A stretch of 64,000 nucleotides of DNA from an uncultured bacterium (lineage in GTDB: Bacteria; Muiribacteriota; Ozemobacteria; Ozemobacterales; Ozemobacteraceae). Location: positions 295-64,294 of the forward strand of contig CAYYIY010000001.1 of the NCBI GenBank assembly GCA_964472075.1, in the 5' to 3' direction. The position numbers were made by a program, and so were the translations under genes. Each line of letters opens with the position of its first letter. Position 1 is the stretch's first letter. The notes under the pieces are model-generated. The model did no database searches and was not told the origin of the DNA. It saw only the letters and a list, made by a program, of their open reading frames with translations. Below are positions 32,801 through 39,794 of this stretch, in pieces.

Positions 32801-32940
32801 TGATGGACCGGTTGTTTGAGCGATTTCGCACCACCACCGGGTCGAACGCCTGGAATGATGATGTCACGATGGTCGTTCTTGCCTTCGAGAAACCACCCGT
32901 CGTTGTTCACGAAACGAAAAACACGGAGAGCATCAGCTAG
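29857..32940 (+). CDS. membrane-anchored sensor protein with HAMP-like linker and C-terminal PP2C/SpoIIE phosphatase domain (RsbU-like)
   Basis: A 1027-aa ORF that overlaps the previous gene by 4 nt. It has a canonical SpoIIE motif (GIGDVTGHGLPAAIVVAM) and ends DDVTMVVLAF. Confidence 0.8.
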   Translation: MNQRDFGKWLLITIVFWVPLSLVLLIGIDRAESYRRSCHADLLQESMRFDLELIQRAYQPSMLLSLPWDEIRAVQSHAHESETWRQAVAADLTRAGLRPHLLLVWSPKNDRLVPGGAISDAFRPFLQILRNRQNQMLEKSRTVISFEGGELPIHLALRMTRRHRFYPMQALGKKWWLAHGPVNSADRGQAYYLLLIDQANIVTEQLQPLWHKRLQRFLRHRLSDTAASHPDRQARDHQSFDGLESVGERFFSADREQVLAGIRFPRAEFSVVQEFPWSLRLWGSLARFAWIAFSFAFLVGSYRFWVCGIGNEYLTVGNRIRLHLAAAVGLPLVGIILMGEFQMNAGLSSLLATGQEKIAQDLERMEDQLERSVYRLETRMRRVAEQMPPIFSREQAEHWCFNILEGQYPISNAHLLSSEGVYLLPQHCQNKPGFLYMTLMSKPRRNWFLHRFFERGGYLEPYYEELLRTYAPDGQPMSGSALKNLIRTKNRQRPVNAVTDSVWEKAMGGLARDTCRRYNQRAGLIQMQSGEDGKGDAIGMMAAVAGIEHEDLVNESMQHLGHIRRFNTGKETVFDLAFLLRDRDGRAHNLLLLHWRNEALTFPFAHAITRHAKRHPQFGGRYIFCDDHDALDFASTPVPKGMRFTASALRLPGESQHFIGCMPGGEWRLFQFRRCRELDHLIIGCSMPLSQLFNGITPMRYRFVAGTSGVVALVALLLFMLSRLLVKPLERIEQSVAQLSKPGDVLIEVPNQVGEILSLVRLFTDVKEGLKQLDVARLVQEDLLPHGILEHHGLRVTGSSIMMEQVGGDFFDFVVDPRDQRFLYVGIGDVTGHGLPAAIVVAMISSAVRLLARTGRVAPEELLSAMNPHLVRILKRLRMTSFQLVRINGDTGEFQFSSGGHPPMLQLKPGQPPISWEMAAFPLGSNKKTRYQGRTGTMESGDCLVFCTDGSIEAVTPSGREVGYQGFARLAAHECQAGFSGVMDRLFERFRTTTGSNAWNDDVTMVVLAFEKPPVVVHETKNTESIS

Positions 32941-33212
32941 GACGCTCTCCGTACGATTCGTTTCCTGTTTTCAGCAATATTGAGCGCGGATATCGGCACT
33001 GTATGAGAGATCGTCGGAGAGCAGCGCATCCCTTGCCGTAGCTGGTGCAGCACATCGAGTCGCACCGTTCCCTGTTGTGAGTTGCGATACCAGGCATAGG
33101 CACTCAACACGACGACCAGAAACAGTGAAAACACGATCAGATACACGACAGTTTCGATGAACGTCATGCCGCGCCGTGAACGCACACGCATCTTGCTCTG
33201 TGCGGGAATCAT
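32937..33212 (-). CDS. prepilin-type N-terminal cleavage/methylation domain protein (pseudopilin-like)
   Basis: Leader and mature N-terminus read RVRSRRG/MTFIETVVYLIVFSLFLVVVLS. The start is placed at the internal Met (33212, alternative 33191) rather than the ORF-track 33341, which would overlap the upstream gene by 110 nt. Confidence 0.5.
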   Translation of the reverse strand: MIPAQSKMRVRSRRGMTFIETVVYLIVFSLFLVVVLSAYAWYRNSQQGTVRLDVLHQLRQGMRCSPTISHTVPISALNIAENRKRIVRRAS

Positions 33213-33231
33213 CGTCGCAGCGCCGCTGTCA

Positions 33232-33711
33232 TCAGAGAGTAGGAATGCTGTAATTGCGGCCCCAGACACAACGGAATCTGAGCTGAAAGTACCGGCCATC
33301 GGGCGACCCGATATCGGAGCCGAGCGTCTTTCCGAGATCATGAATAGTCAACAGGGCCTTGAAGTTCACGGTCAGCTCGGTCGCTTCCTTCCCGGCACCA
33401 CCGGTGAACGCCTTCGCAAACACCGGGTCTCTGCCGGCGGTTTCGATCACCGATTCGGTCACATCGAGTTCTTCCTTGCCTGGTGTCTCAGGCGGCGGCT
33501 CACCCCTCATGATATCTTCGATCAGGCCGTTGATATACCGCTCTGAAAGCCCCATCACCATGGCATAATCGCAAATCATGCCCTGCTGCGGAACCGTCAC
33601 TTCAGTGAAAAGACGTACCAGCGAAGCGATGATGACCGGAAAGAGACCCATGCCGATGAGCACCTCGAGCAGAGAAAACGCGCGCTGCGCCCGACGGAAC
33701 CGCTTGATCAT
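33232..33711 (-). CDS. prepilin-type pseudopilin (GspH/type IV pilin-like)
   Basis: N-terminus reads MIKRFRRAQRAFSLLEVLIGMGLFPVIIASL. It overlaps the upstream STAS gene by 4 nt. Confidence 0.65.
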   Translation of the reverse strand: MIKRFRRAQRAFSLLEVLIGMGLFPVIIASLVRLFTEVTVPQQGMICDYAMVMGLSERYINGLIEDIMRGEPPPETPGKEELDVTESVIETAGRDPVFAKAFTGGAGKEATELTVNFKALLTIHDLGKTLGSDIGSPDGRYFQLRFRCVWGRNYSIPTL

Positions 33712-34064
33712 CGCTTGGCCGGTTTGAGAGAGGCCAGTGCCTCGTCAACATCGGCGAACTCTGCCGCACAGTGAAAGATTCCGACAATGCGGAAACTGCT
33801 CCGGCAGGTCGGCGAGAGTCCGCTGACCAGAAAACGCAGCTCAGGATCTTCGAGTGCTCGCGAAACCAATTCGATCAGCTCACCCAGAGCCGCGGAGTTG
33901 ACTACGGGAGTCTGTGAAAAGTCCAGGATGAAAACTTTCTTTCCCTGCTGCTGAAGCTTCTGTATCTGAGCGCGAATTTGACGCGCCGCTTCGATATCGA
34001 CATAGCCGCAACATCTCAACACGGTTGCTGAGATCTGCGCCTCGACTGCATAAGAAAAAGCCAC
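33708..34064 (-). CDS. STAS-domain anti-sigma-factor antagonist (SpoIIAA/RsbV-like)
   Basis: The start is taken as the GTG at 34064, which is preceded by the strong RBS GAGGAG that also contains the stop of the upstream HEAT gene. The product is 118 aa (VAFSYAVEAQISATVLRCCGYVDIEAARQ...) and includes the conserved phosphorylatable Ser region. Confidence 0.7.
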   Translation of the reverse strand: MAFSYAVEAQISATVLRCCGYVDIEAARQIRAQIQKLQQQGKKVFILDFSQTPVVNSAALGELIELVSRALEDPELRFLVSGLSPTCRSSFRIVGIFHCAAEFADVDEALASLKPAKR

Positions 34065-34074
34065 CGGCTGCTCC

Positions 34075-36351
34075 TCAGTGCGACAGGATCTGGAACTGTC
34101 GAACCATATACAGATTATACCCCAGCGGAGTCGTTTCAAGAAAGCTGAGTTCCGCGGAAACACGTTGCCCGGCTGCCAACCCCGCAACTCCGGGTGAAAA
34201 GCGCAGCTTATGCACTCCCCCATCGGAGGTTCGAAACTTCCAGGTTCGGTTCAGCGGATCGTAGGAATCAAGAATGCCCATGACCGGTTTCAGCGCCGAT
34301 AGACGCTGTTGTTCGACGGCCCGCTGAATGCGCCCCGGTTCGACGATCTGCCTGACACTCTGCGAAACGCCGAGAAACGGCGCATCAGCGGTGTACCATG
34401 TCAACAGAATCGCTGCGAGGCCGACTGCGACAGCGACCACGCGCAGACGTCGGCCCGGGTCTTCGGGAATCGAGTCCCCGGCGCACAGATGCACTTCGCG
34501 CAGACGTTCGAGCAGATCATTCAAGCGACTCTCGACCTGATCGGCCCACACTTCGCGCAATCGCGCCACGGCTGCCGATTCACCGCCCGCTCCATACATG
34601 CGTCGAAACTCACTGAGGCACTCATCGGCCAGCTTCTGCAGAAACTCGCGACGACTGGTGGTTGTTGAAGCGGCGGCCAGACCGCGCAGTTCGGCAATCA
34701 GGCGGTGATCCGGATTCACCCGGATCAGACGCGCAATACCATCCAGCAGATCCTGTCTCGAACCGGACCGCAGGTGTTGCATGACCAGCGGACGCACGCG
34801 ATTGAAGTCCATCTGCAACAGTCCGGCCAATCCGGCTCGCAGCGCCCGCGGATCAGGGTCCTTCAGCCAGGTATCGAGACGACGGAGAAAAGCGGCGCCT
34901 TCCTGGCGGCGGAGAATGCGAACCGCCTGTGAGGCGACAAAGGCGGACTCATGGAAGGCAAGAATCGGCAGATGTGAGGTCAGGCGGCGTACCGCATGGC
35001 ACTCGAGGTACCGCATGACCACTAAAAGCAGTGACTGTGGCGCATGAGCGAGAAGGCTTTCGCCCCAGTCGATACATCGAGGATCAGCAAACCCGTGCCG
35101 CTGAAAGGCGATGAAGGCTTCCTGAGCGATCTCGGGATTACGGTCCCTGCGCTCAGCCAGAGGCAGATAGCGGGCGGCGATTTCCTGTGACGTAAGCGTT
35201 TCTCCGCCGCTGCCGGCATTCGGTTGCTGATGTCCGACCCCTGTGACCGGTACAGAACCGTGTTCACGGTCGCTGGTCGGTCGAGTCGCGTCGGGTGTTG
35301 CCGAAACGGCTTTTGCCACAGCGATGGGAGACAGTGCCGAGAGTGCTTCCTGTTCGGCACTTTCGCGTAATCGCCGGCAAAGCGCGGGGAGAGATCCCTT
35401 CTCCATTCCGCTCAGAATCAAGGCATGAGCGGCCGCCTCGACCAGTGAGTCCAGATCACCGGCATCTGGATGACTGATCGCCAGAAATGCCAGTTTACGC
35501 GCGAATCCGGTGTTGGGATTGCTGCGAATCAGCACAAGCAGCATTTCATGCGAGTGCGGTGGCACCCGACCGCTTTCGATAAGTCTCAGCAAGGCTCCAG
35601 CCGTTTCCTCGAACGGAAATTGAAACAGGAGGCCGATACCAATGCCGCGTTGAGCCGCGTCGGGGTGATCGAGAAGCTCTTCAAGCAGTCTCAGTGCCTG
35701 TTCGGGAACATAGCGATAGAGAAGCCGCAACGCGAGGGCGCGCACCAGAAGCGACGGCTTCTGCAACAACTCCGGCACAAACGTCAGCGTTCTTTCCGGT
35801 GCCAGTTTCGCGGCAAAGTACACGGATCGCGCACGGACACCCGTAGCGGTGTGAAACAGCATTACCCGCAAAACCTGTTCGTTAACCTCGCGAAACGGAA
35901 AATCCTGTCCCAGTTTGATCAATGCCTCAGCCGCTTGCGACGCATAATGAGAGGCAAACAGTTTTTCTATCAACTGCCGACGCTCTTCCGGGAGGAGTTT
36001 CCGCAGCGGTTCCACGAGCTCTCCGTATCGATCGGGCGTGACGCTCAGCACATCGACCGGAAGAGATGTCGCGGACCGTTGGTCAGGCGCGACCGCCCCG
36101 GGCGGCTCCTGCTTTGCCAGAGTCTGCTCGAGAAAGAAAGCCACTTCGGGATCCGACTCGCCGGCCTGATGTTCAAGCAGCGCTGTGCGCACCTCTTCAC
36201 GGCTGATCTGCGTGCCAAGCTGAAAAATCGCGGCGAGCCGGACGTTCCGTTCGCTCGAGGACAGATCGAAGATCAGTTCCTCAATCTGATGACTTGAAGG
36301 TGAGGGTGCCATGGTCATTTTCATTGTAACGCCGGCGACAGCCTTTTGCAT
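34075..36351 (-). CDS. HEAT/PBS-lyase-like repeat protein with C-terminal TM segment
   Basis: Long helical-repeat sequence with one hydrophobic helix near the C-terminus (VVAVAVGLAAILLTWY). The start is moved to the ATG at 36351 because the ORF-track start at 36414 would run through the conserved upstream element and promoter of the divergent hemerythrin gene. Confidence 0.6.
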   Translation of the reverse strand: MQKAVAGVTMKMTMAPSPSSHQIEELIFDLSSSERNVRLAAIFQLGTQISREEVRTALLEHQAGESDPEVAFFLEQTLAKQEPPGAVAPDQRSATSLPVDVLSVTPDRYGELVEPLRKLLPEERRQLIEKLFASHYASQAAEALIKLGQDFPFREVNEQVLRVMLFHTATGVRARSVYFAAKLAPERTLTFVPELLQKPSLLVRALALRLLYRYVPEQALRLLEELLDHPDAAQRGIGIGLLFQFPFEETAGALLRLIESGRVPPHSHEMLLVLIRSNPNTGFARKLAFLAISHPDAGDLDSLVEAAAHALILSGMEKGSLPALCRRLRESAEQEALSALSPIAVAKAVSATPDATRPTSDREHGSVPVTGVGHQQPNAGSGGETLTSQEIAARYLPLAERRDRNPEIAQEAFIAFQRHGFADPRCIDWGESLLAHAPQSLLLVVMRYLECHAVRRLTSHLPILAFHESAFVASQAVRILRRQEGAAFLRRLDTWLKDPDPRALRAGLAGLLQMDFNRVRPLVMQHLRSGSRQDLLDGIARLIRVNPDHRLIAELRGLAAASTTTSRREFLQKLADECLSEFRRMYGAGGESAAVARLREVWADQVESRLNDLLERLREVHLCAGDSIPEDPGRRLRVVAVAVGLAAILLTWYTADAPFLGVSQSVRQIVEPGRIQRAVEQQRLSALKPVMGILDSYDPLNRTWKFRTSDGGVHKLRFSPGVAGLAAGQRVSAELSFLETTPLGYNLYMVRQFQILSH

Positions 36352-36360
36352 GTCAGCGAG

Positions 36361-36424
36361 TGTTTCGGCTACACCTCGGTAGGGAGCAACGTTCGGCCTG
36401 TTCAGGCACCTCACCGAGAATTTC
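36361..36424 (+). promoter_or_regulatory. conserved 64-bp upstream element, copy A (second copy at 60894..60957); precedes sigma70-like -35 TTGCGG (36444..36449) and -10 CACAAT (36467..36472)
   Basis: About 84% identity by eye (54 of 64 positions) to copy B. The distance from the element to the -35 box is 19 nt in both copies. Confidence 0.5.
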
Positions 36425-36517
36425 TGTTTGCCTGCTCGAATACTTGCGGTTTCGATTCAATTCGCGCACAATAGAGGGCAATCACGCGATTGTCGTCCTG
36501 TGGAACGGGAGGGGGGC

Positions 36518-37003
36518 ATGCCGGCAGGCTCAGAGATTAACAATTCGATTCTCAAGCTCTCTCAAGAACACCGGGTGTTTCTTGAAGTGCTCGAGAAGCT
36601 CGAGCAGTTGTTACTGGAACCCGACCCGCAGAAAATGCTGAGCAATCTGCAACCCTGTGTAGAAGACCTGTATGAAAAGCTGCAAACGCACTTTCTCTTC
36701 GAAGAGAACGTGATCTTCAAAGCTCTTCTGGTCGGGATTCCAACCGATCGCACGATCGACAAGGTCTTCGCTCTGGTGAAACAGCACGGCATATTCCTGA
36801 ATCATCTGCAGTATTGGCAGAGACTTTCCGTGGTCTACGACGCGGAGAATGCCTCGCACCGTCGTTCTCAACATCAGAATCTGGTACAGTTCATCGATCT
36901 TCTGAAAGTTCATGTAAAGGCGGAAGTCGAGGGCATTTACCCGATGGTTGCGCAGAACCCGCGCTGTCTGCAGATCATTGGCACTCTTTCCGGAGATGCT
37001 TGA
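36518..37003 (+). CDS. hemerythrin-like (HHE cation-binding) domain protein
   Basis: ATG at 36518 with a G-rich RBS. H/E-rich helical motifs are present (HRVFLEVLEKLE...HFLFEENVIFKAL...HGIFLNHLQYW). Confidence 0.7.
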   Translation: MPAGSEINNSILKLSQEHRVFLEVLEKLEQLLLEPDPQKMLSNLQPCVEDLYEKLQTHFLFEENVIFKALLVGIPTDRTIDKVFALVKQHGIFLNHLQYWQRLSVVYDAENASHRRSQHQNLVQFIDLLKVHVKAEVEGIYPMVAQNPRCLQIIGTLSGDA

Positions 37004-37064
37004 ATTCTTGCTTTTCGACCGTTCTGGTCGCCGCGGCTCACGTGTACAGGCGCGCCTCGCACCG

Positions 37065-39743
37065 ATGCATCACACCCTGTTCCGCCTGTTTCTCCTTTTC
37101 TGTATCGTCCCTTCTTTATTCGCTTCTGCTGCCGACAATAAAACATATCAGGTAGTACGACTGGCCCTGAAGTGGCGACATCAGTATCAATTTGCCGGAT
37201 ACTATGCCGCTGTCACAAAAGGTTTTTATCGCGATGAAGGGCTGGACGTTCGACTGGTCGAAGGGGGAACGGACGGGATCACGGCCGAAGATCGACTGAT
37301 GCGCGGTGATGCTGATTTCGCCGTGGTCGGGCCGGAAATCTTTCGCCATGGGAACCAGCGCAACAAGCCGGTGATCCTGGCCTCCATCTTTCAGCACGCC
37401 CCTGATGTCTTCATATCTCTGGCTGAGCACGACTATGACCATGCGGAAAAACTGGTTGGTCGCCGAGTCATGGTCGAACAAGGCTACGGTGACGCTTTGC
37501 TTCTTCAACTCATGCGCAACGAGGGAATTGCCACGCCGGCCGTCCAGTTCGTCAAGCACACCTTTTCCCTCGATGACCTGATCAGCGGCCGGGTGGATGC
37601 CGTTCATGGATATTCGACGGTGGAACCCGGACTTCTGCAACGCCGCGGCATCGAGATTCGAACTATTTCCCCCGTCGATTACGGGCTGGTGTTTTACGGC
37701 GACCTGCTCGCCACCAGACAGGATTACGTCACCGCACATGCCGATATCATCGAAGGCGTGCGACGGGCTTCACTGAAAGGGTGGGAATGGGCGCTGCAGC
37801 ACTTCGATGAAACGGCTTCCTATATCCTGTCGCTGCCGGGAGTCTCTGAAAGAGGCGTTGACCGGTCTTTCCTTCAGTTTGAGGCGAAGAGCATGCAGGA
37901 ACTCATTCGCGCCGACATCATTCCACTCGGCCACATCAACCCTGCCCGCTGGGATCGTATGGCCAACCTTCTCGTACAAATGGGGGTCGCCGACGAACCA
38001 CCCTATTTCGAAACCTGGGTATATCAACCGGAACAGACAACGTATCGCTGGTGGTCTCAGACCGTGCTGATCAGCTGGGCGGTGCTGCTGTCACTGATTG
38101 GATTGCTTGCATACTCACAACGGCAGTTTCGCGAAATCATTCGCAAGCGAACGGAGTCGCTCGAGAATGAAGTAAAACAGCGACTGAAAACAGAGGAAGT
38201 GTTACGCACCTCTGAAAAGCAGTTTGCCAGCCTCTTCTGGGAAAGCCCGGAATGTCTGGCCGTGACGCGACGTTTTGACGGTCGCATGCTGCTCGTGAAT
38301 CACGGATTCGAAGCCCTGTTCGAGGCACCGCGGCATGAGATTGAAGGGCGCACTTCGATCGAACTGGGCATCTGGAAGAGTCGCGAGGCTCGCGATCGGG
38401 TGATTGCCGCACTCGATCAACACGGCAAACTTCGTTCGCATGAAACCGAGTTGGTCACCTTGAAGGGGCGAGCTTTCCCGGCTCTGGTCTCGGTCGTGCC
38501 GTATGAGTACCAATCGGAGAATTGTCTGCTCTGGATCGTCATGGACGTCAGCGCGCAGAAACAGCAGGAGCAGGAGCGGCGGCGTTACGAACAACAGCTG
38601 CAGCACGTACAGCGCCTGGAAAGCCTGGGCATCATGGCCGGCGGCATTGCCCATGACTTCAACAACATTTTGACCGGCATTCTCGGAAACGTGGAGCTGA
38701 TGTTCGACGAGCTGCCCAAAGACGCTGCTTGCAGCGAATCTCTGCAGGATATCCGGACCGCCGCGCTACGCGCTTCAGAGCTCACCAAACAACTTCTCGC
38801 TTATTCGGGCAAAGGGAGAAGTGAAAATCGCGTTCTGGAACTCAATGCGCTCATTCAGGAATCGGTACAGCTGCTCAAGCTGTCGGTTTCCAAAAAGGCC
38901 GAAGTGAATCTACGTCTGGCCTCATCATCACTCATCATGCGGGGTGATGCCGCGCAGCTGAGGCAGATCATGATGAATCTGGTCATGAACGCCTCGGACG
39001 CCCTCGAGCATCGTTCTGGTGAAATCAGCATTGCCAGCGGCTCTGAAGAGATCCCCACGGCATTCTCATCTGAATTTCAGCCAGGGGTCCTGCACCCGCC
39101 GGGGCGATATGTCTTCGTTGAAGTGCGCAACACCGGTTGCGGGATCGATGAATCTTTACGGCAAAAGATCTTCGAGCCCTTTTTCACCACGAAGTTTACC
39201 GGTCGCGGGCTGGGGTTGGCAGCCGTACTCGGTATCGTACGCAGTCATCGCGGGGTCATGCGCATCGACAGCGTGGTCGGAAAAGGGACAACCATTCGGG
39301 TGCTGTTTCCCGCATCGAATGATAAGATCGAAAATGTCGAGTCGGGCAGGAAAAATCAGGAGGAACGCGGTATGGAAAAGCAAGTGATTCTGGTCGCTGA
39401 CGATGAAGAACTGGTGCGCAAACTTGCCCGGGCCATGCTGGAGAAAGTCGGCTATGAGGTCATCGTCGTCGAGGATGGCCTGTTTGCCCTGGAAGAGATG
39501 CGGCGACGCAACGGCAAGGTGGATCTGGTCATACTCGACATGACTATGCCCCGACTCAGCGGCGACGAAACGTTTCGCGCCATTCAAAAAGAGTTTCCCG
39601 GCACCAGGGTTCTTCTTGCCAGCGGCTACACGGAAGGGGAACTGATGGATTCGTTTACCGAGACGAAGCCGGTCGGCTTTATCAGTAAGCCCTTCGAGCG
39701 AGACGATCTATTGAACAAGATCTCAGAAGCACTCTCTTCCTGA
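37065..39743 (+). CDS. hybrid sensor histidine kinase with periplasmic NMT1/SsuA-like substrate-binding domain, TM, PAS, HisKA, HATPase_c, REC
   Basis: The start is the ATG at 37065, which begins the signal peptide MHHTLFRLFLLFCIVPSLFASAA. The ORF-track TTG at 36948 overlaps the hemerythrin gene. Motifs seen: the H-box [10 protein letters not shown] and the receiver ILVADDEELVR...DMTMPRLSG. Confidence 0.8.
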   Translation: MHHTLFRLFLLFCIVPSLFASAADNKTYQVVRLALKWRHQYQFAGYYAAVTKGFYRDEGLDVRLVEGGTDGITAEDRLMRGDADFAVVGPEIFRHGNQRNKPVILASIFQHAPDVFISLAEHDYDHAEKLVGRRVMVEQGYGDALLLQLMRNEGIATPAVQFVKHTFSLDDLISGRVDAVHGYSTVEPGLLQRRGIEIRTISPVDYGLVFYGDLLATRQDYVTAHADIIEGVRRASLKGWEWALQHFDETASYILSLPGVSERGVDRSFLQFEAKSMQELIRADIIPLGHINPARWDRMANLLVQMGVADEPPYFETWVYQPEQTTYRWWSQTVLISWAVLLSLIGLLAYSQRQFREIIRKRTESLENEVKQRLKTEEVLRTSEKQFASLFWESPECLAVTRRFDGRMLLVNHGFEALFEAPRHEIEGRTSIELGIWKSREARDRVIAALDQHGKLRSHETELVTLKGRAFPALVSVVPYEYQSENCLLWIVMDVSAQKQQEQERRRYEQQLQHVQRLESLGIMAGGIAHDFNNILTGILGNVELMFDELPKDAACSESLQDIRTAALRASELTKQLLAYSGKGRSENRVLELNALIQESVQLLKLSVSKKAEVNLRLASSSLIMRGDAAQLRQIMMNLVMNASDALEHRSGEISIASGSEEIPTAFSSEFQPGVLHPPGRYVFVEVRNTGCGIDESLRQKIFEPFFTTKFTGRGLGLAAVLGIVRSHRGVMRIDSVVGKGTTIRVLFPASNDKIENVESGRKNQEERGMEKQVILVADDEELVRKLARAMLEKVGYEVIVVEDGLFALEEMRRRNGKVDLVILDMTMPRLSGDETFRAIQKEFPGTRVLLASGYTEGELMDSFTETKPVGFISKPFERDDLLNKISEALSS

Positions 39744-39794
39744 TCGACGGGCATCTCCGCAACCCTCGAAACCTGGTCGCCAACGCGCAGGTTC

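Noticed and set aside
33213-33341. Upstream extension of the small pseudopilin ORF to 33341
   Set aside because: It would overlap the preceding pseudopilin gene by 110 nt. The prepilin leader motif (RRG/MTFIE) sits right after internal Met starts at 33212 or 33191.
36352-36414. ORF-track start (36414) of the HEAT-repeat protein
   Set aside because: The first 21 codons would lie across the conserved upstream element and promoter of the divergent hemerythrin gene. The ATG at 36351 is used instead.
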